Assembly (NCBI GenBank): GCA_963705085.1 | Contig: CAVPIV010000003.1 | Coordinates: 343,729-407,728, forward strand | Direction: 5' to 3' | Length of the DNA: 64,000 bases | DNA from: an uncultured Thermoleophilia bacterium | GTDB taxonomy: Bacteria > Actinomycetota > Thermoleophilia > UBA2241 | Part shown: piece by piece, positions 1-9,056 of the stretch | Layout: each line of letters starts with the position of its first letter | How positions within the stretch are numbered: position 1 is the stretch's first letter | Notes under the pieces: model-generated | What the model was told of the DNA's origin: nothing | Seen by the model: only the letters and a program-made list of their open reading frames with translations | Databases searched by the model: none | Program-made: the position numbers and the translations under genes

Positions 1-155
1 CCCGCCTGGGCCGCGAACGCGTCGACGTCGAACCCCGGGTCGGCATCCGCCGCGACGACGAAGCCATCTCGCGAGATGAGCAGGGCGGCGATCATCCCGG
101 GCACCCTACGGTACGGGGCGAGTCTGCCTACGAGGGTGTCAGCCTGGTTGGTCAC
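1..155 (-). CDS. Roadblock/LC7 (MglB-like) domain protein, 5' part only (runs off window)
   Basis: Minus-strand translation from GTG at 155-153: VTNQADTLVGRLAPYRRVPGMIAALLISRDGFVVAADADPGFDVDAFAAQAG, which fits the roadblock/LC7 pattern (hydrophobic stretch then SRDG). GGAGG lies 7 nt upstream. The GTG overlaps the stop of the upstream ORF (GTGA). Confidence 0.55.
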   Translation of the reverse strand, partial: MTNQADTLVGRLAPYRRVPGMIAALLISRDGFVVAADADPGFDVDAFAAQA

Positions 156-454
156 GATGATGCCTCCAAGGCGGTCTCGAGTTGCCTGCGCACTGTGGCG
201 GCGTACTGTTCCGCCGCCGCATCGTCGGCGAACGCGCGGGTGATGCCCTCGCGGCTCGCGGCGAGCTCGCTCAGATAGATGCCGACGCGAGGGATCGGCG
301 TGCTCTCGGCGTCCGGGAGGGCGCCCTCCAGCGGCAAGTGGATCAGGGAGTCCCCGTTCAGAAACAGGCTGCCGGCCTCGCGCCCCGAGAGCGTCACCTG
401 CACGCGGACCATGACTCCGTGGGGGAGCGGCTCTCTGGCGATGTCAATCTCCAC
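152..454 (-). CDS. Hypothetical small protein, translationally coupled to the roadblock gene (start uncertain: GTG at 454 or ATG at 412)
   Basis: ORF in frame 152..586 with TGA at 152-154 overlapping the roadblock GTG. The first 70 nt of the long ORF overlap the GGDEF gene 3' end, so an internal start is assumed. No confident homology; could be PilZ-like. Confidence 0.3.
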   Translation of the reverse strand: MEIDIAREPLPHGVMVRVQVTLSGREAGSLFLNGDSLIHLPLEGALPDAESTPIPRVGIYLSELAASREGITRAFADDAAAEQYAATVRRQLETALEASS

Positions 455-515
455 ACCCCGAAGAGTAGCGAGGCTGCCGAGAGGTGGCAAGACGCGGCCC
501 GCGAGGGCCGCGGAA

Positions 516-1502
516 TCACAGGGCTGTGGCCAGCTCGGCGGCCTGTGGGGCGGCGGGCGCCTCGAGCCCCGCGCGCCGCGCTTCATCGCGGGCTATGGCG
601 AGGAGTTCCCGACACGAGCGGACCGCCGGGAAAGATGCGGCGCCGATCGCCAGGGTCTGCCGGCGCCCGGCGATGAGGCTGTCTGCGACGTCACGCGCCG
701 CCGCGGAGGCGAGGTCGCGCGCCTCGGCGATCGATCGTCCCGGCAGGACGAGCACGAAGGCATCGGGAGGCAGACGGAACGCCAGGTCGGCGCCGGAGAG
801 TCCGTGCTGCAGGCGCCTCGCCACGCCCTTGACCAGCGCCTCGCTCTTGCGAGCGCCGAGGAGTGAGCGGCTGTCGTCATAGTGCTGGAGACGAAGGTAG
901 ACGATGCTGAGCGGCGCACCGTCGGCGGCAGCGAGCTCCATGCGTACCCGGGCGATCTCCGGCAACCTGTGCGCCGCGTAGAAGCCCGTGGCGGCGTCGA
1001 TGCTCGCCGGACGCATGCGGCGGCTGCGCTGGAGGGTCAGGCGGTGCGCCGTGACCACGCCCCCGCCGACGAGGAGCACAACGATCGCGGCGCCTGCGAG
1101 CCTGTTGCCGCCCAGGCTCGGATCGGCGATGGCCAGCACGACGAGCAGCACGAGTGCCGGAGTGAGCAGATACGGCCACTCGTGCCGCGGCGAGACGCCG
1201 AGATGTCCGGCGGCGAGCAGGGGCACAGCCACGAGCAGCCAGCTGTGGACGCCGCCCGCTAGGGCCAGGGCACAGCCGAGGAGGAGCCAGTCGAGGACGA
1301 CAAACGTGTGGGCCAGGCGATGGCCCCGGAAGCGGGCCACCCCGATTGAGAGGAGCGCGACCGCCAGACCGATCACGGCGGGCGCCGCCGCCGCCGGACG
1401 CCCGATCGCACAGGCGGCCAAGGCGAGGAGAAGGAAGAGGAGTGTCCGGAAGCGGCTGCGCAACAGAGCCGGGTCCGGCGGTCTGCGCGGTGATTCTCTC
1501 AA
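516..1502 (-). CDS. Membrane-anchored GGDEF-domain protein with degenerate active-site motif (PPDAF in place of GG[DE]EF)
   Basis: 328 aa; N-terminal part holds about 5 hydrophobic helices. C-terminal GGDEF fold signatures: DAATGFYAAHRLPE, SIVYLRLQHYDD, and GADLAFRLPPDAFVLVLPG where the GGDEF motif should be. Confidence 0.7.
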   Translation of the reverse strand: MRESPRRPPDPALLRSRFRTLLFLLLALAACAIGRPAAAAPAVIGLAVALLSIGVARFRGHRLAHTFVVLDWLLLGCALALAGGVHSWLLVAVPLLAAGHLGVSPRHEWPYLLTPALVLLVVLAIADPSLGGNRLAGAAIVVLLVGGGVVTAHRLTLQRSRRMRPASIDAATGFYAAHRLPEIARVRMELAAADGAPLSIVYLRLQHYDDSRSLLGARKSEALVKGVARRLQHGLSGADLAFRLPPDAFVLVLPGRSIAEARDLASAAARDVADSLIAGRRQTLAIGAASFPAVRSCRELLAIARDEARRAGLEAPAAPQAAELATAL

Positions 1503-1640
1503 GCGGACGCCGCCGCGAGGGTGATAGGTTCTGGCAGGGCATGGTGCATGCGAACGGGTTTCTGCCAGCGGCCATGATCTCCTGCATCGCGCTCCTGCTG
1601 TGACGGCGCCGTCGGCGAGGTGGCCGCCCGAGCCCCGGTC

Positions 1641-1646
1641 GCTATA
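1641..1646 (+). promoter_or_regulatory. Candidate -10 hexamer TATAAT 10 nt upstream of the iorA GTG (leaderless or very short leader)
   Basis: gctTATAATgggaccccGTG; no convincing -35 element. Confidence 0.3.
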
Positions 1647-1656
1647 ATGGGACCCC

Positions 1657-3453
1657 GTGGAAAGGACCCTTTTCTACTCCGGTAACGAGGCCATCGCGCA
1701 CGGCGCCGTACGCGCGGGGGCTGGATTCGCCTGCGGTTACCCGGGCACGCCGTCCACCGAGATCATCGAGGTCGCGGCCAAGCTCGACGGCATTCACGCG
1801 CAGTGGTGCATCAACGAGAAGGTCGCTCTCGAGACGGCGGTCGGGGCCTCCCTGGCCGGCGTGCGGAGCCTCGTCACCATGAAGCACGTCGGTCTCAACG
1901 TCGCCGCCGACCCGTTCATGACCCTGTCGCTCACCGGCGTCAACGCGGGCCTCGTCATCGTCAGCGCCGACGATCCCGGCATGCACTCGTCGCAGAACGA
2001 GCAGGACAACCGCACCTACGCCAGGTTCGCCAAGGTGCCGATGCTCGAGCCCTCGACCAGCCAGGAGGCATACGACTTCCTGGGCGAGGCCTTCGCGCTC
2101 TCCGAGGAGTTCGACACCCCGGTGCTCCTGCGCACGTCGACGCGGTTGTCGCACGGGCGCGGACGTGTTGTGCCCCGCGTACCGATCGAGGTGGAGCCGC
2201 GTGAGTACTCGCGTGACTGCGGCAAGTACGTGATGGTCCCGGCCTACGCCCGGGCCCGCAACCGCGTCGTGCTGGAGCGGCTGGGCAGGTTGCGGCAGCG
2301 TGCCGAGCAGTCACCGCTCAACGTGCTCGAGGCGGGCGCCGCTGATCTCGGCATCATCTCCTCCGGCATCGCCTATGCGTACAGCCGCGAGGCCTTCCCG
2401 CAGGCGTGGTTCCTCAAGCTCGGCATGTCGAATCCGCTGCCCTACGAGAAGGTCGCGAGGCTGTACCGGCAGGTTTCGCGCGTCGCTGTCGTGGAGGAGC
2501 TCGACCCGTTCATCGAGGACCAGGTCCGCGCGCTGAACCTGCCGGTCATTGGCAAGCAGGCGCTTCCGGCCGACGGCGAGCTCGATCAGGAGACGGTGTT
2601 CAGGGCACTGGAGCCGTTCCTCGAGCGCCGCCCGCCGCGCCGCCGCCGTCCCCAGATGCCTCCGGCCGCGAAGCTCTCTCCCGCGCCGCCGGCGACCGAG
2701 CTCCCGGTTCGCCCCCCGGTGCTCTGTCCGGGCTGCTCCCATCGCGCCGTCTACGACGCCCTCAGACGCCACAAGCTGGCCGCCATGGGTGACATCGGCT
2801 GCTACACGCTCGGGGCCCTGCCGCCGCTCGTGGCCCTCGACACGTGCCTCTGCATGGGCGCCAGCATCGGGATGATGGCCGGGTTCAACAAGATGCTCGG
2901 CCGCAAGGGCGCCGTGGGGGTCATCGGCGATTCCACGTTCTTCCACTCCGGCATCACGCCGCTGATCGACGCGCTCTACAACGAGGCGGAGGGCCTGGTG
3001 ATGGTGCTCGACAACCGCACCACGGCCATGACCGGTCACCAGGGACACCCCGGCACCGGCCTCCAGGCGACGGGCGCCGTTGGCCCCGCCATCGACATCC
3101 AGCGGCTGTGCGAGGGCATCGGCGTGCGTTGCTCGACGGTCGACGCGAACGACTTCAAGGCGCTCAACGCCGCCATCCGGGACGAGATCGATGCGCCCGG
3201 CCTCGGCGTGGTCGTGGCGTTGGCCCCCTGTGCGCTCACCGTCCGCGACAAGCGAGGTTCGATCGCCGTCGACGACGAACGCTGCAACCTCTGCGGCCTT
3301 TGTCTCAAACTGGGATGCCCGGCCCTGGTTCCCGGCGAGCAGGCCATCACGATCTCGGACGCTTGCACCGGCTGCGCCCTCTGTGTCGAGGTGTGCCGTC
3401 GTGGCGCTCTCAGTTTCGTCGGCGCTGACGGCGACGAAGGAGGCGACCAGTGA
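1657..3453 (+). CDS. iorA: Indolepyruvate:ferredoxin oxidoreductase alpha subunit
   Basis: 598 aa; MERTLFYSGNEAIAHGAVRAGAGFACGYPGTPSTEI (TPP/PFOR fold). C-terminal 2x CxxCxxCxxxCP ferredoxin motifs (CNLCGLCLKLGCP, CTGCALCVEVC). Confidence 0.9.
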   Translation: MERTLFYSGNEAIAHGAVRAGAGFACGYPGTPSTEIIEVAAKLDGIHAQWCINEKVALETAVGASLAGVRSLVTMKHVGLNVAADPFMTLSLTGVNAGLVIVSADDPGMHSSQNEQDNRTYARFAKVPMLEPSTSQEAYDFLGEAFALSEEFDTPVLLRTSTRLSHGRGRVVPRVPIEVEPREYSRDCGKYVMVPAYARARNRVVLERLGRLRQRAEQSPLNVLEAGAADLGIISSGIAYAYSREAFPQAWFLKLGMSNPLPYEKVARLYRQVSRVAVVEELDPFIEDQVRALNLPVIGKQALPADGELDQETVFRALEPFLERRPPRRRRPQMPPAAKLSPAPPATELPVRPPVLCPGCSHRAVYDALRRHKLAAMGDIGCYTLGALPPLVALDTCLCMGASIGMMAGFNKMLGRKGAVGVIGDSTFFHSGITPLIDALYNEAEGLVMVLDNRTTAMTGHQGHPGTGLQATGAVGPAIDIQRLCEGIGVRCSTVDANDFKALNAAIRDEIDAPGLGVVVALAPCALTVRDKRGSIAVDDERCNLCGLCLKLGCPALVPGEQAITISDACTGCALCVEVCRRGALSFVGADGDEGGDQ

Positions 3454-4043
3454 GCGATGTGACGACCGTCTCCCTGGTCGGCGTCGGAGGGCAGGGCATT
3501 CTTCTCGCGGCCGCCGTGCTCGCCGAGACGGCCGCCGCCGAGGGTTTCGACGTCAAAGCGAGCGAGGTCAAGGGAATGTCGCAGCGCGGCGGCAGCGTCC
3601 TCAGCTCGGTGCGGTTTGGCGACCACGTGTGGTCGCCCGTGTCGCGCCACGCCGACGTGGTGATCGGCATCGAGCTCCTGGAGGGCCGCAGGGGACTCGA
3701 CCTGCTCGAGCCGAACGGGACGCTCGTCTGTGCGGTGACGACACGAATCGCTCCCGGGAGCGTTCTGCGTCGCGAGGCCGCGTATCCGGACGACCTGACC
3801 GAGGCCGCGACGGCCCGCGGCGTTCGCCTCATCGCCGTCGAGGCCACCGAGCTGGCGCGGCAGGCGGGCGCCGACCGCGCCGCCAACGTGGTTCTGCTCG
3901 GCGCGGCAAGCAACGTTCTCCCGTTCAGCGAAGCCTCCTGGCTGCGCGGGCTGTCCGCCGCCGTTCCTGCCAGGATTCTGGAAGTCAACCAGCGGGCGTT
4001 CGCCCTGGGGCGTGCTGTTGGCAGCGAGGAGGTCAAGCCGTGA
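3450..4043 (+). CDS. iorB: Indolepyruvate:ferredoxin oxidoreductase beta subunit
   Basis: 197 aa; VSLVGVGGQGILLAA (PFOR gamma-like domain). ATGA-type overlap with iorA. Confidence 0.88.
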   Translation: MSDVTTVSLVGVGGQGILLAAAVLAETAAAEGFDVKASEVKGMSQRGGSVLSSVRFGDHVWSPVSRHADVVIGIELLEGRRGLDLLEPNGTLVCAVTTRIAPGSVLRREAAYPDDLTEAATARGVRLIAVEATELARQAGADRAANVVLLGAASNVLPFSEASWLRGLSAAVPARILEVNQRAFALGRAVGSEEVKP

Positions 4044-4453
4044 AGGTCAGACAACTCACCGTGTTTCTGGAGAACAGGAGCGGCCGACTCGCCGAGGTCG
4101 CCGACATCCTGGGGAAGGCGGGGATCAACATCCGCGGCTTCTCGACAACCGAGGCCGCCGAGTACGGAATCTTGCGTCTCATCGTCACTGAACCGGAGCG
4201 GGCGCGGGAACTGCTGCACGCCGCCGGATTCACCACGCACTTCGCGCCGGTTCTCTGCGTCAGTGTCCCGGACCGGCCGGGGGGTCTGGCCAAGGTCCTG
4301 GACCAGTTGGCCGAAGCCGGCGTCTCCATCGACTACCTCTACAGCATCTCGTTCCAGAACATCTGCTTTGCCGTGCATGACATCGAGCGCGCCATCGACC
4401 TGTTGCGCGACAAGGTGACGCTGCTGAGCGACGAGGAGGTGCGTGCTCTGTGA
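4040..4453 (+). CDS. ACT-domain protein (tandem ACT, IOR/PaaK-associated)
   Basis: GTG at 4040 overlaps the iorB stop (GTGA). 138 aa with two ACT-like halves (VFLENRSGRLAEVADILGKAGINIRGF / VSVPDRPGGLAKVLDQLAEAGVSIDY). Paralog at 32999..33415. Confidence 0.8.
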   Translation: MKVRQLTVFLENRSGRLAEVADILGKAGINIRGFSTTEAAEYGILRLIVTEPERARELLHAAGFTTHFAPVLCVSVPDRPGGLAKVLDQLAEAGVSIDYLYSISFQNICFAVHDIERAIDLLRDKVTLLSDEEVRAL

Positions 4454-5796
4454 GCGGCTACGACGGCCACCTCCTGCCCGACAAGGTCGGAGGTCTGATG
4501 TGGGAGCCCGCGGCCGAGACCATGCCGCGAGAGGCGCTGCTTGAGCTGCAGATGCAGCGCCTGCAGGCCGTGCTCGAGAACGCACGCGCCAACGTGCCGT
4601 TCTACCGCAAGGGCTTTGAGGAGGTCGGCATCGTCCCGAGCGATGTGAGGACGCATGCCGATGTCGCCCGACTGCCGTTCACGACCAAGACGGACCTCCG
4701 CGACCACTACCCGTTCGGGATGTTCGCGCGGCCCCGTTCCGAGATCGTGCGCGTGCATGCCTCCTCGGGGACCACAGGGAATCCGACGACGGTCGGCTAC
4801 ACCCGCTCGGATATCGACATCTGGGGCGATCTGATCGCCCGTACGCTGGCTGCGGGCGGGATCAAGCCCGGCGATCTGCTCCAGAACGCCTATGGCTACG
4901 GCCTGTTCACCGGCGGCCTCGGCCTCCACTTCGGCGCCGAACGCCTGGGCTGCACGGTGGTGCCGATTTCCGGCGGCAATACCGAACGTCAGCTCAAGAT
5001 CATGCGCGACTTCGGCGCGACTGCCCTGAGCTGCACGCCCTCGTATGCGATGTTCCTTGGCGACGCCGCCCGCGACCGCGGGCTGCGGCCTGAGGATCTG
5101 CCGATTCGCGTCGGCTTCCACGGCGCGGAGCCGTGGACGAACGAGCTGCGCGTCCAGATCGAGGCGGCGCTCGGGATCGACGCCCTCGACATCTACGGTC
5201 TCTCCGAGATGGGCGGACCGGGCGTCGCCTTCGAGTGTCTCTGCAAGGCCGGCATGCACGTCAACGAGGATCACTACCTCGCCGAGATCATCGATCCCGA
5301 CACCCTGCAGCCACTCCCCTACGGCGAGGTGGGCGAACTGGTCTTCACGACGCTGTCGCGGCAGGCGCAGCCGCTCATCCGCTACCGCACGAGAGACCTC
5401 AGCAGCCTCGACGCGACGCCCTGCCCGTGCGGTCGCACGTCCCTGCGCATGACCAAGCCGATCGGTCGCAGCGACGACATGCTCATCATCAGGGGCGTGA
5501 ACGTCTTCCCGAGCCAGATCGAGGAAGTCCTGATGAGCATCCCCGAGATCGAGCCGCACTACCAGATCGTGGTCGATCGCGAGGGGTATCTGGACGTCAT
5601 CGAGGTGTGGGTCGAGGTCGGGGAAGGCATCTTCGCCGAGACCATGGGCGACCTCGAGCGCTTCCAGCGCAAGGTGCAGTCCAGGCTCTTCAACGTGCTG
5701 AACATCCAGGTGGCGGTCAAGCTCAAGGAGCCGCGGGCGATCCAGCGCTCCGAGGGCAAGGCCGTGCGCGTCGTCGACAGGCGCAAGGCGCTCTAG
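4450..5796 (+). CDS. paaK: Phenylacetate-CoA ligase family (PaaK-like, AMP-forming)
   Basis: 448 aa; RLPFTTKTDLRDHYPFGMF, SSGTTGNPT, YGLSEMGGPG. ATGA overlap with the ACT gene. Confidence 0.85.
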   Translation: MSGYDGHLLPDKVGGLMWEPAAETMPREALLELQMQRLQAVLENARANVPFYRKGFEEVGIVPSDVRTHADVARLPFTTKTDLRDHYPFGMFARPRSEIVRVHASSGTTGNPTTVGYTRSDIDIWGDLIARTLAAGGIKPGDLLQNAYGYGLFTGGLGLHFGAERLGCTVVPISGGNTERQLKIMRDFGATALSCTPSYAMFLGDAARDRGLRPEDLPIRVGFHGAEPWTNELRVQIEAALGIDALDIYGLSEMGGPGVAFECLCKAGMHVNEDHYLAEIIDPDTLQPLPYGEVGELVFTTLSRQAQPLIRYRTRDLSSLDATPCPCGRTSLRMTKPIGRSDDMLIIRGVNVFPSQIEEVLMSIPEIEPHYQIVVDREGYLDVIEVWVEVGEGIFAETMGDLERFQRKVQSRLFNVLNIQVAVKLKEPRAIQRSEGKAVRVVDRRKAL

Positions 5797-5819
5797 CGAC
5801 CCGCGGAATCTGGTTTCCT

Positions 5820-5852
5820 GGGGCGGCGCCGGGCCAGGCCCGGCGCCGCCCC
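5820..5852. terminator. Perfect 16-bp inverted repeat between convergent paaK and PBP genes (bidirectional terminator candidate)
   Basis: ggggcggcgccgggcc a ggcccggcgccgcccc; no U-tract. Confidence 0.45.
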
Positions 5853-5910
5853 TACAGATGAGAAGGTTCTGGGTAGGGACGGGCGGCGCTGCCGGCGCCG
5901 GTCTCGTCCG

Positions 5911-8136
5911 CTAGACGCCCAGGAGGCGCGAGAGCCAGGCGACCAACGCCCCAGCCAGTCCTGTTGAGCCATCCCCTACGCGGGAGTCCGCGCCGATCTG
6001 TCCGCCGGCGCCTCCCTGACCGGCTGACAGCGTCGGCGTGGGCGTCGGCGGTGGCGTGGTCGGCGTCGGCTCTGGCGTGGTCGGCGTCGGCGTCGGCGTG
6101 GGGCTCGGCTTGATCGTGTGGGTCGGGGTGGGCGACGGTGAGCCGCTGCCTGACGGCGACGGCGACGCCGACGGCGACATCTTGGAGTAGGCGCCGTCCC
6201 ACGGGGTGAACGTCCACGGGACGCTGGCAAACGCCGCGTGCGACTGGCCCTCGAGGGCGGCGGCGAAGAACTTCGCCCACACCGGCGCGCAGTACGTTCC
6301 GCCGAAGGTCGAGGAACCCATCGAGGTTCGCGCGTCCATGTCGCCCATCCAGACCGCAGCCGACAGCTCAGGCGTGTAGCCGACATACCACGCGTCCGCG
6401 TTGTCCTCGGAGGTGCCGGTCTTGCCGGCCCTGGTGTACGGGTAGTAGGCCCCGACGACAGAGGCCGTTCCACCCGGGCCGGGCGGGCCCTGGAGCACGT
6501 CGGTGACGACCGACGCCACCCCGGCGGGAATGACCCGCTTGCCTTTGGTCTTCGGCTTCCAGTCGAGCTTGCCGTTCTGGAGGACGACCTTCACGATGGC
6601 TTGCGGCTTGTGGTAGATGCCGCCGCTGGCCAGCGTTGCGTACCCTACCGCGTGCTCGAGCGGTGTCACCTCCGACGAACCGAGAGCGATCGAGGGAACC
6701 TCCTGCAGCTCGCTCTGAACGCCCATCTTGTGCGCCACGGCGGCCGTATTCGACGGGCCAACATCCACTGAGAGCTGCGCGTAGACGACGTTGTCGGAGA
6801 TGGTGGTGGCTTGCGATACGGTCTCCGGCCCCCCCGGTCCGTCACCGTTGACCACCCAAGGCGTGCCCCAGCCCATCGGGATGACGATTGGGCTGTTCGA
6901 GATGTAGGTAGTCGTGTAAGGATTCATGCCCTGGAGGACGGCCGCGGTGAGGACGTACGTCTTCATTGAAGAGCCCGGCTGCCGCTTGGCCTGCGAGGCC
7001 AGGTTGTACTTCTGCTTCTTGTAGTCGAGACCGCCGACCATGGTGCGGATGTAGCCCGTCTTGGGCTCGACGGCTACGAACGCCATCGACGGTTTGAAGC
7101 CGAAGTACAGCGAGTTAGTTGTGCTTCGAACGAGATCGATGGCTTTGCGCTGCCAGTCCATGTCGATGCTGGTGTAGACCCTGAGGCCGCCTTCGAACAC
7201 CTGCCGGCTGCCGTAGCGCTTGACCAGTACGCCCTTCACGTAGTCGATGAAGTAGTCGGCCAAGCTGTCGTTCTCCGACGGCGGGTGCTTGTAGACGCCG
7301 AGTTTGCGCTTCTTGGCCGACTCCGCCTGTTCCGTCGTGATGTAGCCCTGCTTGGCCATCAACTCGAGGACCATGTTGCGGCGCGCCTTGGCGGCTTTGG
7401 GGTCGGTGGTCGGCGAGTAGCGGTTGGGGGACTTGGGCACCGCCGCGAGCAGGGCGGCCTCCTCGAGCTCGAGCTGGGAGGCGTTCTTGTGGAAGTAGGT
7501 GCGCGCCCCGGCTTGAACCCCGTACGCTCCGGCTCCGTAGTAGATGGTGTTCAGGTACTCGGTGAGGATCTTGTCCTTCGACCACTTGTTCTCGATCTCC
7601 CAAGCCAGCACCGCTTCGCGCAGCTTGCGGGTGTACGTCCGCTCGTTGCCCACGTAGGCGTTCTTGACGTACTGCTCCGTGATGGTCGAGCCGCCCTGAA
7701 CGATCGTGCCGGCGCGGAGGTTCTGGACCATGGCGCGGGCAACGCCCGGGAAGTCGACGCCGTGGTGCGTGTAGAAACGTTCGTCCTCGACGGCAACGGT
7801 GGCCTGCTTCATCACCTCTGAGATCTGCGGACTCTTCACGAGGACGCGATTCTCGGCGCCGTGCAGCTCGGCGATCTTCTTCCCGTCGACGTCGTAGATC
7901 GTGGTGTTGACCGCGTTGGTCCGGCGCTGTAGCTCGCTGAGCGAGGGGAGGTTGCGAGAGAAGGCGAAGATGGCGCCGGCGCCCAGGCCTATGGCGGCGA
8001 TGACGAGAAGCAGCGCCGCCAGCACCGTGAGCCTGAGCCATGCGCGCTTGCGCCTTCGCGGCCGTGCATTCGCGCGGCGGCGCTGGCGACGGCGAAGCTC
8101 TTCTGGGGTTTCGGCGTGTCGCTCCTGATCAGGCAT
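5911..8136 (-). CDS. Class A penicillin-binding protein (transglycosylase/transpeptidase, PBP1A-like) with Pro/Thr-rich C-terminal tail
   Basis: 741 aa; N-terminal TM anchor. GT51 motifs (EDERFYTHHGVD, ITEQYVKN), transpeptidase motifs (SSMKT, KTGT). Tail SPSASPSPSGSGSPSPTPTHTIKPSPTPTPTPTTPEPTPTTPPPTPTPT. Confidence 0.9.
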   Translation of the reverse strand: MPDQERHAETPEELRRRQRRRANARPRRRKRAWLRLTVLAALLLVIAAIGLGAGAIFAFSRNLPSLSELQRRTNAVNTTIYDVDGKKIAELHGAENRVLVKSPQISEVMKQATVAVEDERFYTHHGVDFPGVARAMVQNLRAGTIVQGGSTITEQYVKNAYVGNERTYTRKLREAVLAWEIENKWSKDKILTEYLNTIYYGAGAYGVQAGARTYFHKNASQLELEEAALLAAVPKSPNRYSPTTDPKAAKARRNMVLELMAKQGYITTEQAESAKKRKLGVYKHPPSENDSLADYFIDYVKGVLVKRYGSRQVFEGGLRVYTSIDMDWQRKAIDLVRSTTNSLYFGFKPSMAFVAVEPKTGYIRTMVGGLDYKKQKYNLASQAKRQPGSSMKTYVLTAAVLQGMNPYTTTYISNSPIVIPMGWGTPWVVNGDGPGGPETVSQATTISDNVVYAQLSVDVGPSNTAAVAHKMGVQSELQEVPSIALGSSEVTPLEHAVGYATLASGGIYHKPQAIVKVVLQNGKLDWKPKTKGKRVIPAGVASVVTDVLQGPPGPGGTASVVGAYYPYTRAGKTGTSEDNADAWYVGYTPELSAAVWMGDMDARTSMGSSTFGGTYCAPVWAKFFAAALEGQSHAAFASVPWTFTPWDGAYSKMSPSASPSPSGSGSPSPTPTHTIKPSPTPTPTPTTPEPTPTTPPPTPTPTLSAGQGGAGGQIGADSRVGDGSTGLAGALVAWLSRLLGV

Positions 8137-8261
8137 GCTTCCTCATTGTACTCGATGCTGCGGCGAGACCCTGCCGCGAACGCTCGCGGTGGTGGAGACG
8201 CGCGCGAGCCCAGAGGGGTTCACCAGAGCACCGCCTGCCCTCGGCGGCCTGGGGTTAGGCG

Positions 8262-9053
8262 TCAGGTCGTTCCCGCGGCTACGTCGTCCGCGTCCTTGGC
8301 GCTCACCGGCTTCACCGGTTTGGGTTGTACGTAGCGGGCGATTGGGATCGATACCTCGTACAGAACCAGCAACGGAATGAGCATCGCCACCATGGAGAAG
8401 GCGTCCTGGCCAGGGGTGAGGAGCGCGGCGGCGAGAGCCATGATCACGATCGCGTAGCGGCGGTGCTTGCGCAGGAACTTGTCGTCGATCACGCCAACCT
8501 TGGCGAGCAGCACAAGAACCACGGGCACTTCAAAGATGAGCCCGAACGCGAGGATGAACAGCGCGACGAACGTGAAGTACTCGGTGGCCCGGTTCTGCAC
8601 GTTGAACGTCGACCCCCCGAAGGTCAGCAGGAACGAGAGGCCCTTGGGCAGGACGAAGAGGTACCCGAAGGACACGCCGACGAGGAACAGGGCCGTCGTC
8701 GCGATGACCACGGGGTAGAAGTAGCGCTTCTCGGTGCTCGTGAACGCGGGCCCGACGAACGCCCAGAGTTGCCAGATCAGGAACGGTGAGGCGACGATGA
8801 GGCTTGCGACCACCCAGACCTTGAGACTCACCATGAACGGTTCGACCGGGCTCAGCGTGATGATCTGATACGAGTCGGCGTCGAGATTCGGGACCTGCTT
8901 GAGGGGATAGAGAAGCACGTCGAAGACGTAGTCGTTGAAGATACCGGCCAGAACGATGCCGACGCCGACGACGACGATCGACCAGAAGATGCGCCGGCGC
9001 AGCTCGTCGAGATGCTCGAGGACGGTGAACTTGTCGTCGGGCGAAATCGGCAT
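8262..9053 (-). CDS. tatC: Twin-arginine translocase subunit TatC
   Basis: 263 aa, 6 TM; MPISPDDKFTVLEHLDELRRRIFWS... Confidence 0.9.
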   Translation of the reverse strand: MPISPDDKFTVLEHLDELRRRIFWSIVVVGVGIVLAGIFNDYVFDVLLYPLKQVPNLDADSYQIITLSPVEPFMVSLKVWVVASLIVASPFLIWQLWAFVGPAFTSTEKRYFYPVVIATTALFLVGVSFGYLFVLPKGLSFLLTFGGSTFNVQNRATEYFTFVALFILAFGLIFEVPVVLVLLAKVGVIDDKFLRKHRRYAIVIMALAAALLTPGQDAFSMVAMLIPLLVLYEVSIPIARYVQPKPVKPVSAKDADDVAAGTT

Positions 9054-9056
9054 GGC

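Noticed and set aside
182-919. Plus-strand ORFs 182..676, 279..866, 484..882 and minus ORFs 593..919 / 877..1587 overlapping the GGDEF gene
   Set aside because: Arg/Pro/Ala-rich translations typical of off-frame high-GC DNA; they overlap a well-supported minus-strand gene.
3080-4453. 457-aa plus-strand ORF spanning iorA-iorB-ACT in another frame
   Set aside because: Only its last 138 codons (from GTG 4040) form the real ACT-domain gene; the rest overlaps iorA/iorB in a shifted frame with junk composition.
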